Shown piece after piece: positions 18,617 to 27,624 of a stretch of 44,915 bases of DNA. Under the pieces are notes generated by a model. It ran no database searches. It was not told where the DNA came from and saw nothing but the letters and a program-made list of their open reading frames with translations. The stretch comes from Chitinophagaceae bacterium. Lineage in GTDB: Bacteria > Bacteroidota > Bacteroidia > Chitinophagales > Chitinophagaceae. The stretch spans positions 1 through 44,915 of the forward strand of contig DATDPZ010000230.1 of assembly GCA_035292525.1 (NCBI GenBank), written 5' to 3'. The number at the start of each line of letters is the position of its first letter. Position 1 is the stretch's first letter. The translations under genes were made by a program, and so were the position numbers.

Positions 18617-19780
18617 ATGCGTATCATTAACCGCACAGTGGTCATTCTTTCCGTTGTCAGTTTATTTGCCGACATCGCCAGTGAGATGATCTATCCGGTG
18701 ATACCGATTTACCTGAAAGAGATTGGGTTTTCCGTCTTGTTGATTGGTATTCTGGAAGGCATTGCAGAGTTTACTGCCGGAATCAGTAAGGGCTATTTTG
18801 GAAAGCTGAGTGATGAAAAAGGAGTCCGCCTTCCTTTTATTAAAAGTGGCTACTTTCTCAGTACCATCAGCAAACCCATGATGGCTGTTTTCACTTTCCC
18901 TCTCTGGATATTTTTTGCCAGAACGGTTGACCGTTTTGGAAAAGGACTCCGGACGGCAGCAAGGGATGCTTTGCTTTCACAACAGGCTTCTAAAGAAACA
19001 AAAGCAAGGGTCTTTGGTTTTCACCGGGGGATGGATACAGCCGGCGCCGCTATCGGGCCATTGCTTGCTTTGACTTTTCTGTATTTTTTTCCGGATAATT
19101 ATGCTACACTTTTTTATCTCGCTTTCATCCCGGGTGTAATCGCCGTATTACTTATTTTCCTGCTGAAAGAAAAAAAAGAACCCGTATCCACGTTGAGCAA
19201 AGGGAATTTTTTTTCTTTTTTTAAATACTGGAAAATTGCCGGACCAGAATTTAAAAAAATAGTAAAAGGATTATTGCTGTTTGCTTTGTTCAACAGTTCT
19301 GATGTTTTTCTGCTGCTCATCACGAAAGAGGTTACCGGCAGTGATACCATTACCATTGCTGCCTATGTTTTCTATAACCTGGTGTATGCCACTGCAGCCT
19401 ATCCCTTCGGCTCTCTTGCTGATAAGTTCGGGATCAAAAAAGTTTTTATCACAGGGGTAATGATGTTTACTGTCGTCTATGCAGGATTTGCATTTCAACC
19501 TTCTGTTGTTGTCATCTTTATTCTTTTTTTCATTTACGGTATTTATGCTGCAGCTACGGAAGGCATCAGTAAAGCATGGATCACTAACCTGGCTCATGAA
19601 AAAAACACAGCAACTGCAATTGGTTTTTATACTTCCTGCCAAAGCATTTGCAGTTTACTGGCCAGCGTTATTGCAGGTTTTATCTGGAGCCAGTTTGGAA
19701 GTTTTTATACATTTGGTATTACTGCGCTTATTGCTTTTTTTGTTTTAATTTATTTCTCTCTGACACTCAGAAAGTACTGA
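18617..19780 (+). CDS. MFS transporter
   Basis: 387 aa with about 12 hydrophobic segments and the MFS loop motif DRFGKG. Confidence 0.8.
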   Translation: MRIINRTVVILSVVSLFADIASEMIYPVIPIYLKEIGFSVLLIGILEGIAEFTAGISKGYFGKLSDEKGVRLPFIKSGYFLSTISKPMMAVFTFPLWIFFARTVDRFGKGLRTAARDALLSQQASKETKARVFGFHRGMDTAGAAIGPLLALTFLYFFPDNYATLFYLAFIPGVIAVLLIFLLKEKKEPVSTLSKGNFFSFFKYWKIAGPEFKKIVKGLLLFALFNSSDVFLLLITKEVTGSDTITIAAYVFYNLVYATAAYPFGSLADKFGIKKVFITGVMMFTVVYAGFAFQPSVVVIFILFFIYGIYAAATEGISKAWITNLAHEKNTATAIGFYTSCQSICSLLASVIAGFIWSQFGSFYTFGITALIAFFVLIYFSLTLRKY

Positions 19781-19872
19781 GTACAGACAACCAGCATTTA
19801 AAAAACTGGCACGAAAATGGAAAGTTGGGGATCGAAATCCTGACCCACCCTTATTCACTTAAAATATTTTTT

Positions 19873-20352
19873 ATGAAAAAAGTACTTGTATCTGTGTTTA
19901 CCATGCTCCTGGCAACTGCCTCTTTTGCACAAAGTAAAAGTGCAAAAAGTTCCACTTACAAATCTGCTTTAGGCGTAAAAGTATGGGATGGCGGAGGAAT
20001 TTCTTACAAACATTTTTTTGAAGGAAATAATGCAGGAGAATTAATTGGTTATTTCTGGAACAGGGGATTTCGCCTGACCGGTCTTTATGAAATTCATGGA
20101 AACTTTGCGGATGCCCCCGGATTGAAATGGTATATCGGACCCGGTGCTCATATTGGTTTTTATAATTATGTTCATAAAAATAATCGTATCGAAGGAACTT
20201 ATATTGGCGTGGATGGTGTCTTAGGGCTGGATTATAAATTCAAAGAAGCTCCCATAAATCTTTCCATTGACTGGCAGCCTTCTTTTGAATTCGGAGAGTT
20301 TGTTGGCTTTATTAATTACTGGGGAGGGCTGGGCATCCGTTATACTTTTTAG
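19873..20352 (+). CDS. Small outer-membrane beta-barrel protein
   Basis: Signal peptide MKKVLVSVFTMLLATASFAQ, alternating aromatic/Gly strands and a C-terminal GIRYTF. I rejected the 5-prime extension of the ORF to 19648, which overlaps the end of the MFS gene. Confidence 0.65.
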   Translation: MKKVLVSVFTMLLATASFAQSKSAKSSTYKSALGVKVWDGGGISYKHFFEGNNAGELIGYFWNRGFRLTGLYEIHGNFADAPGLKWYIGPGAHIGFYNYVHKNNRIEGTYIGVDGVLGLDYKFKEAPINLSIDWQPSFEFGEFVGFINYWGGLGIRYTF

Positions 20353-20378
20353 TAAATTCATGAGCTGAATCCTGAAAA

Positions 20379-20405
20379 GGGAAGCGTATTCCTATGCTTC
20401 CTTTA
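20379..20405. terminator. Bidirectional hairpin terminator between convergent genes
   Basis: GGAAGC (20380-20385) pairs with GCTTCC (20396-20401) across a 10-nt loop. It has an A-rich 5-prime flank and a T-rich 3-prime flank. Confidence 0.5.
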
Positions 20406-20469
20406 TAAATTTGCAGACATAGGTATTCATTCAACAATATTGACAGGTAATCCAATTTTAGAATTGTGA

Positions 20470-21474
20470 TTACTGATGCACAAATCCTAATCTTTTTTCT
20501 ATTTCTGCTGACAGTTGAGGCTGTCTTCTTCTTTCTACCAGGAAACTGTTGAGTTGTGCAATTTCTTTGAAGATATAATGTTTGTCTGCAGCTGCTTTGA
20601 GGTAGTCTTTTCCTGTACTGCCGCCGGTTCCAATTCTTGTACCAATCATCCGGTGTACCATATTCATATGGCGGTATCTCCATGAACTTAACTGCTCATC
20701 AATTTCAAGCAGGCAATTCAGTAATTGAAATGGTAATTGAAGCAAGGGATAGCCGCGGTAGAGCATGATAAAAAGTGCAGAGCGACATGCAGTAGAAGAC
20801 AGTGACCGCTGAATGTTGAGTGTTGAATGTTGAGTGTTGAATGTTTCATCAAATACTGTTAAGTTTTCTTTTTCTGCATCAGCCAGGCTGTTTTGATAAG
20901 CCATGCGGTATCTTTCCCAGAAAGAATTTTTATCACCAGTTACTGATGGTGTAAGCGGCATTCTTTCCAGCCAGGCATTTACCAGGTCAAGTAAAGATTT
21001 ATTTGATTCGGCTTTTTTGATCAGCTCCACATGTTCTTTTCTTAATTGTGAAGTATAATAATCTTTGCCATGTCGATGCTCATACTTCAGTCCCAGTTTA
21101 GCTTCCAGTTCTTTAAATTGCCAGCTTTGAAAACCTGAAGCGGGACGAAGCATGTCGCGAAAATCCAGGAAATCCATCGGTGTCATGGTTTCCATTATGT
21201 CGATCTGGTGAACTAAGACCTGAAGAATAGTTACTGTTCTTTTCAGACGATGAACTACAATTTGTAATTCAGGACTATTATCATTCAAAGCAGGTTTATT
21301 CATGATTGTAGCAACAGAATCCACTTCATGATGCAGTTGCTTAAACCAAAGTTCATAAGCCTGGTGAATAACGATGAATAGCATTTCATCATGTGCGGGA
21401 AGATTCAGTTTTTCACTTTCCGGAAATTGTGCATTGAGAATTTTATCCAGCTGAAGATAATCGTGGTAATGCAT
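20470..21474 (-). CDS. kynA: Tryptophan 2,3-dioxygenase
   Basis: 334 aa: MHYHDYLQLDKILNAQ..., SGFQSWQFKELE, WRYRHMNMVHRMIGTRIGTGGSTGKDYL. Confidence 0.85.
   Translation of the reverse strand: MHYHDYLQLDKILNAQFPESEKLNLPAHDEMLFIVIHQAYELWFKQLHHEVDSVATIMNKPALNDNSPELQIVVHRLKRTVTILQVLVHQIDIMETMTPMDFLDFRDMLRPASGFQSWQFKELEAKLGLKYEHRHGKDYYTSQLRKEHVELIKKAESNKSLLDLVNAWLERMPLTPSVTGDKNSFWERYRMAYQNSLADAEKENLTVFDETFNTQHSTLNIQRSLSSTACRSALFIMLYRGYPLLQLPFQLLNCLLEIDEQLSSWRYRHMNMVHRMIGTRIGTGGSTGKDYLKAAADKHYIFKEIAQLNSFLVERRRQPQLSAEIEKRLGFVHQ
20813..20854. repeat. Three tandem 14-bp units inside kynA, 42 bp in total and therefore in frame
   Basis: TGACCGCTGAATGT / TGAGTGTTGAATGT / TGAGTGTTGAATGT. Copies 2 and 3 are identical and copy 1 matches at 11/14. 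The repeat encodes TFNTQHSTLNIQRS. Confidence 0.8.
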
Positions 21475-21540
21475 AAATTAAACACTGATGAAGACGAAGT
21501 TACTTTATTAATTACAGAGAGTACAGGGTCTTAAAAATGT

Positions 21541-22830
21541 TCACTCCTGTTCGTAAAATTCATAGCCTATATCTTTGCGATAAGACATACCGGTGAAAGA
21601 AATTTTCTCTAATTCAAATAAAGATCGTTGTACGGCCAATTCAAGTGTATTGCCAAACGAGGTCATACATAAGACACGACCACCATTTGTAACAATTTCA
21701 TCATCTTTTAATTTTGTGCCGGCATGAAACAATATACCCGTAGCTGTTTTTACATCTTCAAGCCCGGAAATCGTGAGCCCTTTTTCATAAACGCCGGGAT
21801 AACCACCACTGACCGCAACAACAGCGCAGGCAAAACGGGGATCCATCTCAATTTTTATTTTATGCAATTCCTGTTTTGCAGTGGCATGAAGTAATCCGGC
21901 AAAATCATTTTTAAGGCGGGGCAGCACCACTTCTGTTTCCGGATCACCCATCCGGCAGTTATACTCGATCACATACGGTTCTTCATTTACTTTTATTAAC
22001 CCCAGAAAAATAAACCCGCAATAATCAAGTCCTTCTGTTTTCAAACCTTCTATAGTGGGTCTGATTATTTTCTCTTCTACTTTATTCATAAATATTTCGT
22101 CGGCAAATGGCACAGGGCTCACCGCACCCATACCCCCGGTGTTTGGTCCATGATCTCCTTCCCCTACCCGTTTATAATCTTTTGCTTCGGGCAGGATGAC
22201 ATAATTTTTACCATCGAATAAAACAAAAACAGATAATTCAATTCCATCAAGAAATTCTTCCACTACTACTTTTTTACCGGCTTCGCCAAATTTAGCCCGT
22301 TGAATCATGAGTTCAAACTCTGCCAGTGCTTCTACATGATTTTCACAGATCACAACTCCTTTTCCCGCTGCCAGTCCATCTGCTTTTAGCACTACCGGCA
22401 GCGAATGATTTTTCAGGTAATCTATACCCTCCTGGTAATTAGATAGTGTAAATTCTTTATAGGCTGCTGTGGGAATATTAAATTTTTGCATGAATGCTTT
22501 TGCAAATGCTTTGCTTCCTTCCAGCTGTGCTGCATCTTTTGAGGGTCCAATTATTTCCAGGTCTTTAAATGCCGGTTCATTTTTTAAATAATCGGAAACT
22601 CCTTTCACTAAAGGCTCTTCCGGTCCTACCAGGACAAGATCAACTTTTTCATCAATACAGCAGTTTTTTATAGAATTAAAATCATTAACACCAAAATCCA
22701 GATTAGTGCCATATTGCATTGTGCCGGCATTACCTGGAGCAATAAATAATTTTTCACAAAGCGGACTCTGAGAAAGCTTCCATGCAAATGCATGCTCACG
22801 GCCTCCGGATCCAAGTATAAGTATACGCAT
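21541..22830 (-). CDS. purD: Phosphoribosylamine--glycine ligase
   Basis: MRILILGSGGREHAFAWKL..., an ATP-grasp core and a C-terminal TNGGRVL. I prefer the ATG at 22830 to the extended ORF start at 22896. Confidence 0.9.
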   Translation of the reverse strand: MRILILGSGGREHAFAWKLSQSPLCEKLFIAPGNAGTMQYGTNLDFGVNDFNSIKNCCIDEKVDLVLVGPEEPLVKGVSDYLKNEPAFKDLEIIGPSKDAAQLEGSKAFAKAFMQKFNIPTAAYKEFTLSNYQEGIDYLKNHSLPVVLKADGLAAGKGVVICENHVEALAEFELMIQRAKFGEAGKKVVVEEFLDGIELSVFVLFDGKNYVILPEAKDYKRVGEGDHGPNTGGMGAVSPVPFADEIFMNKVEEKIIRPTIEGLKTEGLDYCGFIFLGLIKVNEEPYVIEYNCRMGDPETEVVLPRLKNDFAGLLHATAKQELHKIKIEMDPRFACAVVAVSGGYPGVYEKGLTISGLEDVKTATGILFHAGTKLKDDEIVTNGGRVLCMTSFGNTLELAVQRSLFELEKISFTGMSYRKDIGYEFYEQE

Positions 22831-22974
22831 GTTATTTTTGTAAATTTTGGTAAATTCTTTGCGAATATCGTTTAAGATCATTAAAGAAATGATCAAAAAA
22901 TTGCAAGTGGAAGAATTTGCCTATTTTGCTATCCACTAACTTTAAAATACTATTGTCAAATTAAAAATCGCTGT

Positions 22975-24687
22975 ATGAGTCAACATGAATTATCGAAAGG
23001 ACACCCACGGGGTCTTTACGTTTTGTTCTTTACTGAAATGTGGGAACGTTTCGGTTATTACCTGATGCTGGGAATTTTTTCTCTGTATATGCTGGACAGT
23101 CATCAAAATGGCGGGATGGGTTTTGATGCACAAAAAAAATCAGATATCTACGGTACTTACCTGGGGCTTGTTTATTTAACCCCCTTTATTGGCGGCCTGC
23201 TGGCAGACCGTATCTTAGGTTACAGGAAAAGTATTATTATCGGTGCTTTACTGATGGCTTCCGGGTATATTGGGTTAGCCTTACCCGGCGAAACAGCTTT
23301 TTATATTTCGCTGTTGCTGATCATTGTTGGTAATGGATTTTTCAAACCAAACATTTCAACACTGGTAGGTAACCTTTATAATAAACCCGAACACCAACAT
23401 AAAAAAGATGCCGGCTATAATATTTTTTATATGGGTATCAATATCGGCGCTTTTGTCTGCAATTTTGTTGCCGCCTATATGCGGATAAATTACGGATGGG
23501 GCTATGCATTTGCCGCTGCCGGTGTAGGTATGATCATTGGTCTTATTTGGTTTTTGAAAGGTATGAAACATGTAAAGGATGTTGATATCGTTAAGCCAAC
23601 TACAAAAGAAGATCTGCCCCTTTCAAAAATTTTTTCAGCAGTTTTAGTGCCTGTATTTATTTTTGGCATCCTGGGCTGGATTATACCGGGTAATATTTTT
23701 GGCTCTGATGGTAATGATGCTTTCCTGATTGGCAGCCTTCCGGTTATTTTCTACTACATCTCCCTTTGGTACAGGGCCAGTGTGCAGGATAAAAGACCAC
23801 TTGCTGCCCTGCTTACAGTAATGGGATGTGTGGTGGTGTTTTGGGCTATCTTTCATCAGAATGGTGATGCACTTACTGTTTGGGCCGAGGAATACACAGA
23901 CCGTAAAATGTCTCCAGCCATAGCCGGGGTAGCTGATAAAGTTGATCTGGCACAAACAGTAAACTATCATGAATCGGTTGGATATAATGAGGAACAATTT
24001 AATACATATATGGCCGGTTTGGCCAAACAAAAAGATTCTTTAACAGCAGCAGGCAATGCAACTGCTGCCAATGAAATTTCAAATACAATCACCATCCGTG
24101 ATAAATCAAGATCTTATTTTTCTAACCTGCCCACGGAAAAAAGACCGGAAAGCGGGCAGGACCTTAAGCTGGTATCCACAGAATTATTCCAGTCCATTAA
24201 TCCTTTTTGGGTAATTGTTTTAACACCTGTCATTGTAGGAATTTTTGGATTCATGAGAAGAAGAGGGAAAGAACCTTCTACCCCGGCTAAAATTGCTCTT
24301 GGACTTTTGATTACTGCACTTTCTGCCCTTGTCATGGTACTTGCCGTAAAATCCATTAACACTTCAGCAGATAAAGCATCTTCTTTGTGGTTATGGGCAA
24401 GCTATGGCGTAATAACCATCGGGGAGCTTTGTCTTTCGCCAATGGGATTATCACTGGTATCAAAACTAAGTCCGCCAAGACTTACTTCTTTGATGATGGG
24501 AGGCTGGTTTTTATCCGTGAGTATCGGCAACAAACTTTCCGGTATGTTATCCGGTATGTGGGAAGGGTACGATGATAAATCACAATTCTTCCTTGCCAAC
24601 TTTTTTATTGTCATCATTCCGGCCATTGCTTTATTCTTATTATTAAGATGGCTTAACCGGGTAATGAAAGAAAAAGGGGTGAGTTAA
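22975..24687 (+). CDS. Proton-dependent oligopeptide transporter (POT/PTR2 family), long form
   Basis: 570 aa with FTEMWERFGYY, GGLLADRILG and FKPNISTLVG. It carries an extra soluble insert of about 80-90 aa relative to the paralogue downstream. Confidence 0.9.
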   Translation: MSQHELSKGHPRGLYVLFFTEMWERFGYYLMLGIFSLYMLDSHQNGGMGFDAQKKSDIYGTYLGLVYLTPFIGGLLADRILGYRKSIIIGALLMASGYIGLALPGETAFYISLLLIIVGNGFFKPNISTLVGNLYNKPEHQHKKDAGYNIFYMGINIGAFVCNFVAAYMRINYGWGYAFAAAGVGMIIGLIWFLKGMKHVKDVDIVKPTTKEDLPLSKIFSAVLVPVFIFGILGWIIPGNIFGSDGNDAFLIGSLPVIFYYISLWYRASVQDKRPLAALLTVMGCVVVFWAIFHQNGDALTVWAEEYTDRKMSPAIAGVADKVDLAQTVNYHESVGYNEEQFNTYMAGLAKQKDSLTAAGNATAANEISNTITIRDKSRSYFSNLPTEKRPESGQDLKLVSTELFQSINPFWVIVLTPVIVGIFGFMRRRGKEPSTPAKIALGLLITALSALVMVLAVKSINTSADKASSLWLWASYGVITIGELCLSPMGLSLVSKLSPPRLTSLMMGGWFLSVSIGNKLSGMLSGMWEGYDDKSQFFLANFFIVIIPAIALFLLLRWLNRVMKEKGVS

Positions 24688-24709
24688 TTACTGATCTTTA
24701 ATTATAACC

Positions 24710-24735
24710 AGGTGGCTCATCAGCCACCTTTTTTA
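24710..24735 (+). terminator. Rho-independent terminator between the two POT genes
   Basis: AGGTGGCT and AGCCACCT form an 8-bp stem with the loop CATC, followed by TTTTT. Confidence 0.7.
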
Positions 24736-24777
24736 ATACCTTTCATTATTCAAAATTCACTTCAATAATTTTTTGAA

Positions 24778-26274
24778 ATGACAGCCAACCTTCAAACAAC
24801 AGCATCAGCTGGTACCACAAAACAACCCAGGCAACTCTATCTTTTATTTTTTTCAGAAATGTGGGAGCGGTTTTCCTTTTATGGAATGAAAGCATTATTG
24901 ATTGCCTATATGGTAAGCCAATTAAAATATGATGATCCAAAAGCTTATGCCATACTGGGATCTTATGCTGCTTTGGTTTATACCATGCCAATGTTTGGTG
25001 GATTTATGGCCGATCGTTTTATCGGTTACCAGCGTTCTGTAATGTTCGGCGGCATTTTAATGACCCTGGGTCATTTTATTCTTGCATTACCCCAAGACTG
25101 GAGTTTCTTTTATGGAATGGCTTTTATCATATGCGGTAATGGATTTTTTAAACCAAATATCTCCAGCCTGGTAGGAACATTATACAATGAAAATGATCCG
25201 AGAAGAGACAGCGGTTTCTCCATTTTTTATATGGGCATAAATATTGGCGCTGCCATCGGCGGTTTTCTATGTGCTTATGTGGGTACCGAAATAAACTGGC
25301 ATTATGGATTTGGCCTTGCCGGAATATTTATGCTGCTGGGGTTGATTGTTTTTTTATTCGGAAAAAAATCTTTGGGTCACAGGGGCTTGCCACCAAACCC
25401 GGAAGCATTAAAAAAACCAGTTTTTTCTTTTATCAAACCAGAACATTTAATTTATGGAGGCACATTATTGGTGGTACCTCTTATAGTTACTTTATTTCAA
25501 CAATATTATTTAATGGATTATATCATGTTCGGCCTGGGGCTGGTTGCATTAATTTATGTTCTGGCATTAGGTATGAAAATGGAAAAAGGTGTAAAATTAA
25601 AATTGTTTGCAGCGCTGATCATGATCATTTTCTCCATTATATTCTGGGCCGTGTATGAACAAAATGCCGGCGCCATGAATTTGCTGGCAGAAAGAAATTC
25701 GAAAATGGTTTTATTCGGTTTTGACCTGCCGGAACTATCCATCAATAATTTTTTACCTCCGGGATGGGTGATTATTCTCACCCTTTTTGTTGCACCACTT
25801 TGGCCCTGGCTCAATAAAAGAGGAAAGGAACCCAGCACACCTTTAAAATTTGCACTATCCTTTATTTTACTGGGTGCCGGTTTTTTTGTTTTTTACCTGG
25901 GTTGCCTGGTAAATGAAAACACCGGTATTGTTCCCTTATGGCCTTTTGTGTGGGGATACTTTTTTATTATCCTGGGTGAGCTTTGTTTATCGCCGATCGG
26001 CCTGTCAATGGTCACCAAATTATCGCCGGCAAAAATGGTTTCTTTAATGATGGGCATCTGGTTTTTTGCATCGGCCATTGGCGAGTTCCTGGCAAGTAAG
26101 ATTGGTTCATTAATGAGTGTGCCGGAAGAAGTGCTTGCAAAAAACGACCCGATAATTTCTTTACCCTATTATGCCGATGTTATTCTGAATATTGCGGTGG
26201 CTTCTGCAGTAATCGGGGTCTTACTGATTTTTACAGTACCCTTCCTGAAAAGATGGATGGGCAATGTGAAATAA
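24778..26274 (+). CDS. Proton-dependent oligopeptide transporter (POT/PTR2 family), short form
   Basis: 498 aa with FSEMWERFSFYG, GGFMADRFIG and FKPNISSLVG. Confidence 0.9.
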   Translation: MTANLQTTASAGTTKQPRQLYLLFFSEMWERFSFYGMKALLIAYMVSQLKYDDPKAYAILGSYAALVYTMPMFGGFMADRFIGYQRSVMFGGILMTLGHFILALPQDWSFFYGMAFIICGNGFFKPNISSLVGTLYNENDPRRDSGFSIFYMGINIGAAIGGFLCAYVGTEINWHYGFGLAGIFMLLGLIVFLFGKKSLGHRGLPPNPEALKKPVFSFIKPEHLIYGGTLLVVPLIVTLFQQYYLMDYIMFGLGLVALIYVLALGMKMEKGVKLKLFAALIMIIFSIIFWAVYEQNAGAMNLLAERNSKMVLFGFDLPELSINNFLPPGWVIILTLFVAPLWPWLNKRGKEPSTPLKFALSFILLGAGFFVFYLGCLVNENTGIVPLWPFVWGYFFIILGELCLSPIGLSMVTKLSPAKMVSLMMGIWFFASAIGEFLASKIGSLMSVPEEVLAKNDPIISLPYYADVILNIAVASAVIGVLLIFTVPFLKRWMGNVK

Positions 26275-26276
26275 GT

Positions 26277-27554
26277 TTATATAAAATCCAGATAGCTGTA
26301 TTTGTTTTTTAAAATGGCTGCTTCATCTGCTCCCAGCCAGTTTTTTAACACGGTGGCATATACATTTTTAAAATCCACATTAAATTTCAGGTCGCCTTCT
26401 TCAAGATCTGCAAGGTCGGGCATTGGATTAATCAGGCCTTTTTGTTTTAATGCACCGCTGATAAAAAACATGTTGTTTGCTGTGCCATGATCGGTTCCCC
26501 CGCTGCCGTTTTGCGATACTCTTCTGCCAAACTCAGAAAAAGACATCAGCATCACATCATTAAAACGATTATTGGCTTTCAGGTCTTTTACAAAAGATTT
26601 CACTGCCTCATTCAGTTGGGTAAAAAGGTTTTGCTGCTGGATTTGCTGATTGATATGGGTATCAAAACTACCCAGCGAAACATAATACACTTTTGTATTG
26701 ATGTCAGAAAAAATCAGCGAGGCAATCGTTTTTAAATTATTCCCAAGTTCCGTTTTCGGATAATCAGCTTTTGATGGATGCAGTTTACTTTTTTCAAAAA
26801 TATAATCGGCAGAAGAAATTGTTTCAGCCATTGTTTTATATAAATAATCCACTGGTTGTTCACCAGGATCATTCCCGCCTGCCAGCCCGTGCCCGTACGG
26901 ACGGGAATGACTCAGACGGGCAGTTTTGTGTTGCTGCATCACTTCTTTAAAAAACCGTTGATTGGCTGTTCCGAATAATCGCTTTGGATCTTTCATGGCA
27001 ATAGCTTTAGCCTGCTCTCCTTTCATAGCAAGACTCAATGTGTCATCCAGCTCCAGTGCATAGGTAGGTTTATCACACCCCTGGCATTGCGCATCGAGGT
27101 AACGGCCCAGCCAACCTGTATTCCAATAGTCGCGGCTGTCGCTGGCACTGTGCCATATATCCATACTTCTGAAATGAGAACGATCGGGATTGGGATAACC
27201 CACATTGTTGAGAATACTCAAACTCCCATCACCATACAGTTCTTTCAGTCCTGTTAAAGCAGGATGTAATCCGGCCTCATCTGTCAATGATAATACTTTA
27301 GCTTTTTCAATACCAAGTTTTGGCCTTGATTTATAATAAATATCATTGCGGAAAGGGATCACTGTATTTAATCCATCATTTCCTCCGCTCAGCTGAAGTA
27401 TCACCAATACTTTATTTCCCGAAGGCACCAAATTTTTCCCCCGTCCGAACAGGTCATCCGGGCGGGCTTCAAAAACTTTCAGGAATTTTGGTACCAGTAC
27501 AGATGCGGTAGCCAGTGAACCGACTTGTAAAAATTCTCTTCGTTTGATAATCAT
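26277..27554 (-). CDS. DUF1501 domain protein (alkaline-phosphatase/sulfatase-like fold) with a twin-arginine signal
   Basis: 425 aa. The N-terminus MIIKRREFLQVGSLATASVL is a Tat motif. The text also shows QLSGGNDGLN, FDTH and GGTDHGT, as I remember for DUF1501. Confidence 0.8.
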   Translation of the reverse strand: MIIKRREFLQVGSLATASVLVPKFLKVFEARPDDLFGRGKNLVPSGNKVLVILQLSGGNDGLNTVIPFRNDIYYKSRPKLGIEKAKVLSLTDEAGLHPALTGLKELYGDGSLSILNNVGYPNPDRSHFRSMDIWHSASDSRDYWNTGWLGRYLDAQCQGCDKPTYALELDDTLSLAMKGEQAKAIAMKDPKRLFGTANQRFFKEVMQQHKTARLSHSRPYGHGLAGGNDPGEQPVDYLYKTMAETISSADYIFEKSKLHPSKADYPKTELGNNLKTIASLIFSDINTKVYYVSLGSFDTHINQQIQQQNLFTQLNEAVKSFVKDLKANNRFNDVMLMSFSEFGRRVSQNGSGGTDHGTANNMFFISGALKQKGLINPMPDLADLEEGDLKFNVDFKNVYATVLKNWLGADEAAILKNKYSYLDFI

Positions 27555-27624
27555 TTTATTTAGCTTTTTGCTGCTAGCTATAAGCCGATAGTTAATTGCT
27601 AAAGGCTCACAACTAAACGCTGTT

